DNA of 54,203 nucleotides. Origin: Girardia tigrina (lineage: Eukaryota). Below are positions 25,601 through 38,160 of the stretch, piece after piece. Numbering within the stretch: the first letter of the stretch is position 1; each line of letters opens with the position of its first letter. The notes beneath the pieces were generated by a model that worked only from the letters and a program-made list of their open reading frames with translations, made no database searches and was not told the origin of the DNA. The DNA lies in NCBI GenBank assembly GCA_001938485.1, contig MQRK01226760.1, positions 9,576-63,778 on the forward strand, given 5' to 3'. Both the position numbers and the translations under genes were made by a program.

Positions 25601-27822
25601 ATGAATATAGAGCTCGGCCTGCATTTGCTCCATATTGATTGTTTCAGCCTTTTTTTGTCTCAAATATAAACCATGATTGTCCATTGAAAGATTCAGATTT
25701 GGCTTGTTCATTATCGAGTGTTTTGTCATAACGACAAATGTTCAAATTTATTTCTAATTTAAAATAAGTGTAAAATTTTAAGAAATTAATAATTTTATTT
25801 ACAATTGTTAAATAAATAAAATGAATTAAAAATTGTTAAATAATTAATATTTATTTTCATATTTTAACCAATAAAATTTAGAATATGTATGTTAACGGTT
25901 TATGTAATCCTCAATTACTCAGATAATAAGATGTATGTCATTAATTAATTACAAAAAAGATTAACACATTTTTTCTGATTAAATTCATTTAAACAATTTA
26001 TTAAATACGCTTTTCTTTTCAACGAATATTTAATTTCATGATAATCAAATTTTATTTAACAAAAAAAACTAATAAAAATATTATTTGGTATAATAATCAA
26101 AGCATTTTTCGGCTTATTTACTGTCGAAATAATACGGTTAAAGTTAATGAACAAAATTAATAAAGTTTTTATAATCACAATGAATAAGTTGTCATTTTTT
26201 TCCATTTTTAATTTTAAATATTATTTCTAATTTTTGATTATTTAGTCTAAATATTAAAATAAATCTCTTTCATTATCATTAATACATTTCTTAAGAACAC
26301 TTGAAACAGAATCTTCAGAATTGTTTGATGTTTAAACAATAAATACCGTCAAAAAAAATTTTATATATATATAAGTTTATAATTTTGAATGTTTACTAAA
26401 ATTTCATATATTAATTTTAAAAACATTATAAATAAAGAATTAAAATCAAATAGTATATAATATAAAATACAAATATTATTCAAATAACAAAATAATAAAA
26501 ATTTAATAAAATTGTATACAGTTTAATTATTAAAATTTTATATTTTTTTAAATTTCCCCAGGGGCCATATGGATATTATAAACTATAATTATCTTTTTTG
26601 TAATTTGTACAAAAATTTGAATTACAATTTTAAAATACGTTTCTCATGTATTATATTATATTTCAAACAAAAAATATTTCATTAAAAAAAACCGATAACT
26701 TTTCTTTCGTTAATCACTAAAAAAATTTTAAAAATAATTTTCGATAAATTTAACCCGAATTTTTTTTTATTCTTTATTGATAAATTTTACATTTTTTAGG
26801 AAATTCTTTTTCATATTTTCTTTTTTCCAGATGGTTTATTTCTCATTGCAAATAAAATATATTGTAATTGTATCACATGGATTCTCAAATGTGACTCTCA
26901 GGAGCAAGTATCTCAAAGAAGAAAAATCAAATTTATATTGAAATAGTTAAAATTGATGAGTTAAAAGCCTTTTTTAGAAAACAAAAATCATTTGCAAATA
27001 TATATTGACTAAACATAATTAAAAATTTCGAGAAATAAAATTGAAAAAAAACAATTAAAAAGTTAATTTTAAGAAAAAAAGAACAATTTATTTAATTATA
27101 AAAAAGTAAGTAATTTTAAATCCCAAAAATCTTAAAAAAAACATATTTGTATTGTCACTTCTCTTTCTTTATAATCTTATATTAATTTCACTAGAACAAC
27201 ACGGAATTATCAATAAAGTTTAACGTCTAAATTAACGATAAATAAAATTAAATAAAAAATAAATAACATTAATAATGAAATATTATAAAAATAATTTTTA
27301 TTTCGATAATGAATCAATTCTTCATTCGAAATATTCTCAGCTAAAATCATGTTTTTGTTCCAGATCTTTATACTGAATTTGGTTCCTAATTTTCTTAGAA
27401 TAATCTTTATTGACCCTCAGAAATTTATTTAAATCTAGTTAAACCTAAAGATTAATTTATAACATTAGCTTAACTTTCATTCATTTGTTATATAGACGTT
27501 CTTCGATTTCTTTTTCATTTTTTTCTAGTTTTTTAAATACCTTTCAAAGAAAATACATATTTAACAAACTCAAATAAATTTGCCTATAGCAATATAAATG
27601 GAGTTTAATGGATGTTCTTACATTTTCTTACCAACATTAATTTTGAAATATATTTTATAAATTGGTGATTTAAATCACTAATGGGATCATTTTGAGGTAA
27701 GAAGGATAAAAAATAAAAACATTAATATATTTTAAGAAACTTTATTTTTCTTTTAAAACCACAGTTGATAAAATTTTGCATGTATTTATATGAATATATG
27801 AATTTTTCATTTTTTATCACCC

Positions 27823-28319
27823 TGTGAGGAACATTTATAATTATATGAATATGTGAATGTAGTGATGTTGTCTGTTGATTTGAGTATATTTAAATTAGAG
27901 CGATGATTCTCCCACCCAGAAGGAAATCGGTATTTTTGTATATTTACAAGAACTTAATTTGAACTTAATTAAAATAAAAATTTGATAAGTTTATATTTTT
28001 TCAAATTAACAATTAAAATTAAGTTTAATATTTTTTTAAAAAACAAAAAAAGAATTTAATTAAATTTAAAGTAAATTCATTTTTAACAATTTTATAAAGT
28101 TTTTATTATTCTGAGTTTTTATTCAGAAATGGTTAAAATTATTATTTTTAATTAAAGTTTTTATAAGTAAATATTTTAAAAAGAATTAGAAAAAATTGTT
28201 AAAATAGTCATGATTAAAAATATAAATTAAAAAACCAATTAGAGCGATGTCCAACATTAATGACTTCAAATATGATAATAATAAAGATGCTAGTGAAAAT
28301 TGACTTCCTGTTCTTAATA
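27823..28319 (+). mobile_element. solo-LTR-like element, TGTGAGGAA family (497 bp)
   Basis: TGTGAGGAA...TTCTTAATA; conserved CTCCCACCCAGA and TTAGAGCGATGTC blocks; TSD CACCC/CACAC. Confidence 0.8.
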
Positions 28320-29669
28320 CACACAATTACAAATTGATCTCATAACTACCTTGTAATTTGAGACTAAAAATTACAACTTAATATTTTTTTAAAAACTCAC
28401 AAAATATTTATAATTAATATAAATTATTGAAATCTCAATACTAAATATATTTTCAATCAAAATAAAAATCTTTTAGTCTTTTTAAAAAATTGCACATTTT
28501 ATTTTTTTTATTTTAAATTATGTTCTAAATTTTAATAATAAAAAATAAAAAAATATTTCAATGAAAGTTAAATTCACAAATTCCATTTAAAGCTTCATGT
28601 AAAGATAAATTTTCAAAAAAATATTTAAATTTATACTTAAAATTTTATTTTTCTTTTTATTGTATAAATATTATCTTGTAGTTGAAAGCAAAATAGCACA
28701 AATTTTGTTTTTCATTATATTTATAAATTTACTTTATTAATAATTAAAATTTGTTATTAACTTTTAAAAAAATGTAATTTTAGTAAAATTTCTGGACGTC
28801 GTCTTTACAATTTTACCTAATATTAAAAAATATCTTACAGTTTGAGAAGTAATAATTATAATTATTTTATATATATATATAAATTTAAAAAAATAATTTA
28901 AGTAAATATTTTATATATTATATAAGAATAATGAAAAGTATTAGTGTATAAATATTTAAATAAATATAATTCATGTGATATAAGAAAATTGTGAATAATT
29001 TGTTTTATTGAATAATACTCGAAGCAAATGATAAATATTTAATTTCAATTCAAAATAAATAAAAATTTCTTCTTTGATATTTACATCTTGTACAATGTTA
29101 TTCAATAAGTTCAGTTGTATAAAACTTGTTTCCTGTGAATTAGTTCCAATTCAAACAAAATATTTAACTGCCAAATGCTTGGCAGCAGAGATAGGAAATT
29201 TTTTTATAACAATACAAATACAAAAATAAAATGAGATATTACAATTACTAATTTCACTACAATAATAGATTGAAATTTATACGAAAATACTATTTTTATA
29301 CATTTGTTTGAAAATGTCACAAAATGGCCTGTAAATTTATACTTTTTAATTAAATAGAGTCACTAAGACCAAGTTTATGGATCAGAGTTTTATTATGGTT
29401 CCAACGGCTAGGGTACCAAAAAATTAAAAAAAAATAAAATATACATTCTGAATAACACGCAAAAACGGTTAGAAAATGACACATATGAAAAACACAAAAC
29501 TATTCTTAAATTTTCATATTCAGAAGAAATAAAAACTTAAAATACATCGATGACATAAAAATCGAATCAATCATGTCAGAAGTGAAAAGCTTTTTCTCGG
29601 TTAAATCAACTGTGTAATAAAAACTAATCAGGTATATAAATTTAATTGTCACGGGTGTCAAAACTCGTA

Positions 29670-30485
29670 CACTCGGAAGGAAGGGAGAAATCCAAATGGG
29701 GAAAAAGATCAGTGGGAGAAAGAAGCAATCAATTTCGGAATGTCTTCGAGTGGACATACATTGGCTATTTAGGGATGATGCGGTGTATGGAGATTTCATT
29801 AACCGCATTAATCACAGATATCCTACTGTATCGAGGGAAACATACATAAACTCCTTAATTCGATCAGGAAGACTCAATAGGTCAAGAATAACTGTACCGA
29901 AGCTGATCAATGAGAGAGACAAACGTCACCAATGTCCAGTAGAAAGATGCTACAAGGAGTTTGCCGAAAAAAGGAGCTGAACAGACACATGAAAAGGGAC
30001 CACGCGGTGTCAACTTCCGCTAATCCTGATCAGCTCAATGAGATACAACAACAGCAATTGCCATTCCCATGTACACTATGCAAAAAGTCGTACAAAACGA
30101 AGGGGTGGCTGACCCGGCACCTCTACCGGGATCATAAATTGGAGGAGACAGAAGAAATTGGAGAACCGACAATGACACCAGCGCAAACCAGGACAACCAC
30201 AGAAGAAAGAGTCGTAGAAAACCTCAACATTTCAGGCACCAGATTCAATCCGTGACGGATCCCCTGACTATCTCGACGGCGGTCGAAGAAGCGATAGTTA
30301 CTGAAGAAACACATCTGACTTTTAGGATTGCAGATCTAACTGCAGGGGGGGGGAGTTCAGATGAAACTATCCGAAACTATCCGACCCCGTAGGATGCCTA
30401 TCGGGGGGTGCTAGTGATTCTTTAGTTTGGGTTGACCCTCTAAAGAGCCTAGAGGCTCAATACCATTCGAAAGAGATGGGAGGCT
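29670..30485 (+). mobile_element. 5'-truncated copy of RTE-like LINE with C-terminal C2H2 zinc fingers
   Basis: CPVERCYKEF...LNRHMKRDH (across a frameshift) and CTLCKKSYKTKGWLTRHLYRDH. Protein and 3' UTR align with 43715-44510. Confidence 0.75.
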
Positions 30486-30750
30486 CACATCGGAGAGACA
30501 AATCGTCATCTCAAAACACGGATTAGTGAACATTCGCCACCGAGTCGATCGAGTAACGTGCATGATCACTGCAGATGGTGTAAGGATAAAAGCTCACCGA
30601 TTTTGAGGGATACTAATTTTACCGATACCAATCAAAGGAAATTTTAGATGACAATTAAAAATCGTTGAAGATTATGTGAAAATATATCAAACCATTTCCA
30701 GAATAATAAAAGTGCTTTAATCAAATTATTTAAAAATAGTGTTTAAATAA
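30486..30750 (+). mobile_element. Penelope GIY-YIG endonuclease fragment
   Basis: HIGETNRHLKTRISEHSPPSRSSNVHDHCRWCK. Confidence 0.85.
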
Positions 30751-32079
30751 TAAAATTTAATTAAAAATCTTTTTAAACTTAAAATTTGTAAACATATTTT
30801 TAAATATATCAAATATTAAAATTAAAATATATATGTAAACTCCCAGAAATCCTAACAGTTTTTATTAAAAAACGAAGAGGTTATAAAAAAGTATGACTTA
30901 ATTTTATTAAAAATTCTTTTTGAAAGAAGTATTAAACGGCATTTCGGAGATTTACCCTAGCTTCTAGGGTTGATTTTTTAACATTTTATAACATCTTGGT
31001 CAGATCAATTAGAGAATTAGAACATTCAAGGGTTCATAGATTATAAGTTCTGCTTCACAAGAATAAAATTTTGCATTAAAATAAATTTTAAATAAAATAT
31101 ATATTTTAGATGCTTTACACGAAACAAAATAAATTTATAATTCATCAAATAATTTTATAATAAAAGTACCATTAAACAATATTATAAAAATAAACATTTT
31201 AATGTATCATTTTTGAAACACTCAATAATGTCTTCTTAAGAGTTAGGCGAATATAATTTTTCTTTTTACACTTCCTGAAAAGAGATTAAATAGTTTTATA
31301 AAGAATAACCAAAAAAGTCATTAGTAAAGTCTTGTAAATGCGAAATGAATCCACATGCTTTTACGTAAATTAATTCTTCTTGTCGTTAAAGAAAAAGGAT
31401 GAAAAAATAGTCTGTTGAAAAAATTAAAATGATGAGGAATTTCTTGAATAATTAAAAAATTAAAATTAATTAGTTTAACAAAAAATTGTTTGTTTGATTA
31501 TCTTAGACAAAAAAAGTAAAAAGAAAAAAATAATCAATAAAATGCAAATAAGCTTAGAAGTTGATATAACTTTTAGATAATTTTTTAATATTAATAATAT
31601 TTTATTTTCAATTGTAAATCGATGAATTTAGTCATTTTATCAGACTTGTAGTATTTATTTAAAGATATTTTAAACAGAGAAAACAAAAAAAGAAGCAAAT
31701 TATTTATTTATTAGATAAATTTATTTGATTTTGAACCATTGTTCCTTGTTTCTGAATGTTCTTTCTTCCCGATTTTTGATGACTTGTTAATTTTATAATG
31801 TTTATCAATAGTTAGAAAAGTAGAGACGAAATAACTGATGCTCGTTTTCTGAAATCTTTTAACATTCTTTTATTTCTTCTGATAATGATACTTTTAGATT
31901 AAATTATATTAAATAAGGATCTTTATGTTATTATATTAACAATATAAATTAAATCGAAACTATATTTTATGAGTTAAGTGAAAAATACAATAATTCTTTC
32001 AAATAACAAATTAAATAAATTTTTGCATCTTCTCGGAGTCTAAATATTATTTTCAGTACACTCCAACAATGAAGCCACC

Positions 32080-32335
32080 AAAATGATCAAACTTCATTAT
32101 TAACAATTGGCTGCAGGATGAGTCTGAATTGAATTATGACGCTGGAATTGCCGCTACAAACATCAATAATGCTAAAAGTTGAAACATTGTGAGCAAACGA
32201 ACAGCGTACCAATTGTTTATTAAGTTTTATGAAGACAACACTAACTTGATTGATCAGCCAAGTATCGAAAAGCCTCACAAAATTGGTCAAGATTTAGTTA
32301 TTGAAGTAATAGAAGCCTATGAACACTAAAGACTT
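32080..32335 (+). mobile_element. mariner transposase N-terminal HTH remnant
   Basis: DAGIAATNINNAKS*NIVSKRTAYQLFIKFYEDNTNLIDQPSIEKP matches the mariner AARNIN...VSERT..WF..F...LED.PRSGRP pattern. Confidence 0.7.
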
Positions 32336-33164
32336 ATCCTTATGATTTTCAGTGCAAAAAAAAGTAATTTAAAATATATTAAAAGTAGCTAAAAGAAGTG
32401 ATGTAAGGGCAGTTTCATTACACTAGCTCTCATACAATCTCAACGAAACAAAAAAGGTTTCTTAATATTCGATCCGTTATCAAAATTGCATTACATTTTT
32501 GGTAGATGTTGTAATAGTTTATATTCTTCAAAAATTATAAATCATTGTATATTGGTTCTCTAAAAACTCTTGTTTTATAATTTTTTAATTACTATTTCTT
32601 TTAATAATAAATTAAACACGTAATAAAAGTGCTGAATTTCGGAACCAAAGGTAAAATAATAAATAACATTCTTAAGATTTGAAATATTTGACCATGTATA
32701 CCAGAGTAAATTAGAAAAAAATCAAACAAAAATGCCTAATTGAATCATTATGACCGTTTTTTTTCAAAATTAAAGCGGCATTTTTAAAGGACTCTTTTCA
32801 TTAAAATTCTACGAAAAAGATCTTCTATTAATTATTGAAAAAGTCAGTAATTAATTTTGACGACCATATATTAAAAGATGTGTGAGCAATAATCAGTACT
32901 GACAGTTATAAGTACGTAGAAATATTCTTTTCAAATTTATATATTACCAAAAAAAACAATTATCAATTTTTGGAAATCAAGTAAAATGTAAAAAAAGGAA
33001 ATTTATTTTTTTTCATTTTTTAATAACTACTCATTAAGAGAAATCGATAAAACAAGAAAGTATTTTATAATATTATAATAAATTGGAAACGTATTATAAA
33101 TGAATTTTTATTAAAAACAAGTCATTCAATAAAAAATATATTTAAAAGAAATATATTTAAGATA

Positions 33165-33720
33165 TCAGCCGTCATCTTCAGGCCACTAATTAATAATCAA
33201 TTCACCTGTATGTAAATACAAAAGTGATGATTATGTAATCGATTGCATGAAATAATGCTAATCAAAAATTCTCAATAAGCTGGTTGAGACTGCCCATTGA
33301 ACATTGATTTTAGGGCAACGTGACCTAATTAACAATGCTTCACACGATACTCTCTCCCAATAACAGTCAAAATGTTTTCACAGAATCTTGAAATTATTAA
33401 AATATCATTTGACGAAATATCATATTATTAAATCTTTCTTTTGGATAATCAGCTTAAGAAACTACCAAAAAGCCTTAAGAAGATTACCAAATTAGATTTA
33501 ACGCTATATTCTTACCAACCACGGAGTTTGTCAACGGATTTTTCAACACATTATTAATATATTCGAAAGAGAGTGACAATTTTAATATTTTACTGCTAGT
33601 TACAACATTCATTTCAAAATCTGAAAAAAATTTGTATTGAGCAAGAGAGTAATTGAAAAAAACCGATTTTAAAAATTCTTGATTTATTTTATTTTTTGAG
33701 ATTAAAAAATTTTCAAACAA
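33165..33720 (-). mobile_element. Penelope-like element 3' end with partial hammerhead core
   Basis: NNFKIL...YWERVSCEALLIRSRCPKINVQ. The 3' UTR shares GATTACATAATCAT and CTGA(A/T)GATGACGG with the 50.4 kb copy. Confidence 0.75.
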
Positions 33721-33728
33721 CTCTTATT

Positions 33729-34536
33729 GGGTTCGTGATTAAAATCCAAAGTCATTATTTGCAAACTTAATTTTTAATGCAACTTTCATTATTCAAACAA
33801 ATTTATGAGGAACAATATTTCAATTACATAAACCAGATTTTAAAATTCTAAATATAAATAATAATATCAATATATATATATATATATATATATATTATTT
33901 TATTCAATTTTGCATAAATCATATTTTGTTTTTGTTTTATTAATTTTTACAATGTTTATTAATTGAAATATAATTTTTTTTCTTTAATTTGAAAACATTC
34001 CATTATAAATTATTTTTTTAATGGAAATTTCCGTGGACAATTAAATTAATTAACTCCAATAAAACATTATGATTTTTATTTTAAAAGGTGTTACAAGATA
34101 TATCAAAATCTTCTTTACAATATCCTTTTATTCTGAAACAGTTATTTTAATTGTGATTTTTTTTAAAACCTAATTTTTTATAAAAAGTTGTTTCAATTTA
34201 ATTAGTAAAATATTATCTGTGAATTATAATTTTTATAAAAAGTTATTTTAATTAAATTAGTAAAATATTACGTATAAACCATGTTTTTTTTATAAAAACT
34301 TATTTCATTTTATTTAAATTTTATTTTATTTTAATATTATCATATATTTATATCATATATATTATCATATATATTATATTATTTTTATTTCATTTAAATA
34401 TTATCTATAAACTTAAATTTTTTTTAAAAAGTTATTTCATTTTAATTAGTAAAACATCATTTTAATTTATCTCAAATATTAATATGATTTTTAATTTAAA
34501 AATATCAAAACTTTACAGTTTACCAAAAAGAACCCC
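33729..34536. repeat. ~0.8 kb dispersed non-coding repeat (MITE-like), copy 2, with internal ~58-bp tandem units
   Basis: Matches 20148-20962 at both ends; AAAAAGTTAT...TTAGTAAAA-type units recur at 34180-34455. Confidence 0.75.
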
Positions 34537-34976
34537 TAGCAACCCTCATATATTAATTTGTTAACATTCACAAATACCATAAATTCCAGACTATAAGATC
34601 CTATTTTATTATAAAAATTTAACTCCAAATTAAGGGGGTCTAACTTTCTTTCATTAAAATTAAAAAGGCCTTATATGCCTTGGGGTAGTATAGACAGGGC
34701 TCTACGGTATATAATATTACTAATATTAAAAGTCTTATGAATTTGACTTTAAGTTTGGTTTTAGTTAAATGAAATACAATTTTGAATTTGAGAACTGATA
34801 TATAATTCCGTACTTCTTAATTTACTTCAAACAAAAATAATACCGTGAAAATATTGATAAAGCTTTTTAAAAACCTCACTAATATCAAAATTGCAACTGA
34901 TCTTTATATTATCCCAATAATGTCACGTTTTTATTCTTATATTTACTAGTAATATCCAAATATTTTATAAAAAAAG

Positions 34977-35014
<38 letters not shown>

Positions 35015-35307
35015 ACTTTATAAGTACATTATTAAAAGTTATACTTTATAGTAACAAAGTAATACTGTTTATATATCAAATAAATAACTGTTATTAATTT
35101 CGAAAGCCGAGCAAATAGATACGTTGTATTCTGAATTATTATGGAGAATTGTCAGTGATAAAGGTTTCATTATTGTTCTTAAGTCAATCTCATGCACCTA
35201 GCTACCATTGATATGACCAAAACTTCAGAAGAATATACAACGTAGCGTTTACTTTTTTCTTTTGACTTAAGTATCAGTCTTTAGTATTTCAAGTGAATAA
35301 GATCAAG

Positions 35308-35630
35308 AATTCGGTACCCCAATAAATGCTCTAAAATATTTTTGAAATATAAATTTAATAAATGTTTTTGAAAATATGTTGATTTTTTATTATTAATTTG
35401 ATAATAATAATAATATTTTTGAAATATAAATTTTAAAAATGTATAAATTTATAAATATAAAAATTTTGTCGACTGTCTGGAAAATATTTATAATTACCTG
35501 GAAAATTTCAAATAAATTAAAAAAATGAAAAGGTATTTTAATTAATAATAGTAAATCAACATATTTTCAAAAACATTTAATAAATTTACATTTCAAAAAT
35601 ATTTTAGCACATTTGTCGGGTCCCGCTAGA
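35308..35630. mobile_element. foldback/MITE with ~90-bp inverted arms
   Basis: 35312-35398 is approximately the reverse complement of 35540-35623; right end CGGGTCCCGCTAG. Confidence 0.8.
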
Positions 35631-36879
35631 ATTTAATAACAATATACATATATATGTACTATTAATAAAGACAATTTTTGAGCAGAAATATTTTGTTATA
35701 CTTAAATAAATTTGTATTTTTAAAATTATTTTTTCATGAATGAATCTAAATAAAAGTACGACAGGTCAAGTTTGAATGATTTACATATAAAAGTTGTGTT
35801 AAGAAGGGTTTTGACAAGGTAATACAAGAAAAGTATTTAAAAACCTAAAATGCGATGCAAAGTGCCTTCATATGTGCTAATAGGTTTTTTGTTAATTTGT
35901 TGAATAAATCATTAACACTTATTCATAAAAAGAGCTCATAAAAAGTTGTTCACTTAAACGAATTATTTTTATATTTACCATTTTTTTAATTTTAATATTT
36001 AATTTCTCTCATAAAAAATGTCTTTCAATCTCTCGACCCGGGGCCAAAATTCTTTGGCCATGCCTGTATAAATAAATAAAAATGTTTTTTTAAAATAAAA
36101 ATTTGATATCAAAAAACAATTTTTAAGAAGAAACAGAATATTTAGTACTTTAAGCAGTAAATATATAATGACCGTCAACAATTATACAAAATAGAAAAAT
36201 ATATTTAATAAAACGTTAATTTTTAGATAAATGATACTTCTAGATTTAGTAGAAATTATATTCCGTTTTATATTTTCTGTAGTTTAATATTATTATTATT
36301 ATTTAATGTTTCCCTACAGACTGATTTATGGGTAACAAATAGAAATCATGGGTAATTAAATTTCTAGTTCCATTAGTAAAACGCCATCAATATAAAATAA
36401 TCTCAAAACTTTATTTGTGCTCTTATATCATTCAACTGTATGAAGTTGTTCGTGATTAAATCTATTGTAAGTCTGTCAAATTCAAAGAAAAAATGTTTTT
36501 TATATAATTTTCTGCTTTGTTGTAAATAAATACATTGTAAAATTACGTCTTCATCAGACGAGTTTTTGATTTTTGTTGCATTTATCCCATGTATACTTTA
36601 TACTTGAAAGATCACAAATTATATCATCAAAAACTAATATCAATTTTTAATTCATTCTAAAGATCATTCCACATGATTGAAAACTTTTGACAATTCGTAT
36701 TATATAAAAAATTCGTAATTTATCATAAAAATTTAACATGAATATCATCGATCTTCTTGAATTATACTCCGAAATACTTGATGAAATATATAAGCTCAAC
36801 AAAATTTTTGTGTTAAGAGCAACTAATACAGTGAGCGTAATGTATTAGAAACAATTAAAACAAAAATAAAGAAAATTAA

Positions 36880-37220
36880 ATTTAAAATGAAAAGGCATAT
36901 TAAAATTTATTATATTGCTAATTAATTTCAATGGCTTAACCGCCCTCTTCAGAAGTCTCTTCAATGTATTAAGTGACAGAGTGAAGCAGTTACGTGGTTA
37001 TCGCGCTGGTTTAGGGTCACTGGGTTATGGATGAATTGCAGGAAATGTATTCTCTTTGTGCTTGTCGTTGAAATTCAAATGATACTTAAACAACCACATC
37101 ACGACATCCGAAGGAATTTCTGGTTTTGTAGGATATAAATGTTTTAATAAAGATTCGGAAAGACGGAGAGAAAACTCGATATCTTGAACGACATCGATCA
37201 TTTTACAAATTGAGTTCAAC
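36880..37220 (-). mobile_element. probable Penelope-like 3' end
   Basis: KMIDVVQDIEFSLRLSESLLKHLYP resembles a PLE C-terminus and is followed by the hammerhead motif. Confidence 0.5.
36917..36957 (-). ncRNA. degenerate minimal hammerhead ribozyme (Penelope pLTR type)
   Basis: CTGAAGA-GGGCGGTTAAGCCATT-GAAA-TTAA-TT aligns with the 50377-50419 motif. Confidence 0.6.
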
Positions 37221-37399
37221 TTATTATTTTAACGTTCGTGAATTAAATCAACAATCGATTGAAAATTTATATCACTTCCATTTCTATTAATTTGTTTTGA
37301 GTTAATAAACATTTATTTTAAAATTGAATATTTTCCTGTTTAATCTCACTGGTAAAAATCGATTCCAAGTTTTTATCGATTAAATCCGGATCAATTTAT

Positions 37400-37495
37400 A
37401 GGATTAGGGTAAATGTTAGGGTTATAAGTTAAGTTAGGATCCTGTCCATAATTTCACCCGGCATCATTTTTCAACCGGAGAGTAATTATCCAATC
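37400..37495. repeat. transposon-terminus-like segment with degenerate TTAGG(G) repeats
   Basis: TTAGGG..TTAGGG..TTAGG followed by paired TTTCA(C/A)CCGG repeats. Confidence 0.4.
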
Positions 37496-37939
37496 AGTGT
37501 GTTCATTAAATTATGAAGCTCTTGCGGCTTTATATGTACTAGGGTTAGTTGTGGTTAAAACTGCGGCTGGGGGATCAGAAATATAACATAAACTACCACT
37601 CATTATTATCATAATTAAAGATCTCATCAGAGAAGGCAAAGTGTGCTACAGAAACAGGCAGAAAAAATTTTATTCTTTTTCTTATTTTACAGAAGATTTA
37701 AAACTTTTTTGATCTTCATTCAATTTCGTACATAAGATAATCTTTTTTTATACTTCTAAAAACTCATAAAATGCATATACATACTTTTAAAAATACTATA
37801 AATGGAGAAAAGCATTTAAAATTTTTATAAATTTAACAAGTTCCGTTATCCTTCGACTAGATGGTATATATTTTTAGGCCAACGTTGGATATAATTGATG
37901 TTTGAGAAATGAGTGTGTTGTTGTCCAATCACAAATTTT

Positions 37940-37955
37940 CGACCTAAAAGGGTCG
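37940..37955 (-). promoter_or_regulatory. histone mRNA 3' stem-loop-like hairpin
   Basis: CGACCCTTTTAGGTCG directly 3' of the H2B remnant; resembles the GGCCCTTTTCAGGGCC consensus. Confidence 0.55.
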
Positions 37956-37959
37956 TATT

Positions 37960-38160
37960 TCTTTCTCGGCTTGCGGCGTTCTTAGTCAACTCTCCCGGCA
38001 GCAGCAGTCTCACTCCAATCTTGATCTCTGCTCGTGATCGTCGACTTCTTGTTGAATTGCGCCAATCGACTGGCTTCACTTGTAATCTGCTCAAACACAT
38101 AGTTCACAAGACTGTTCATGATCAAAATGGTCAGTGTCTGGGTGCACCTGCCGCAGCAAG
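37960..38160 (-). pseudogene. H2B: histone H2B pseudogene
   Basis: LLRQVHPDT / [32 protein letters not shown] / [20 protein letters not shown] across frameshifts. Confidence 0.9.

Noticed and set aside
34180-34455. Regularly spaced ~58-bp units as a CRISPR-like array
   Set aside because: Degenerate AT-rich tandem repeat without unique spacers, inside a dispersed repeat, in a eukaryotic context with no cas genes.
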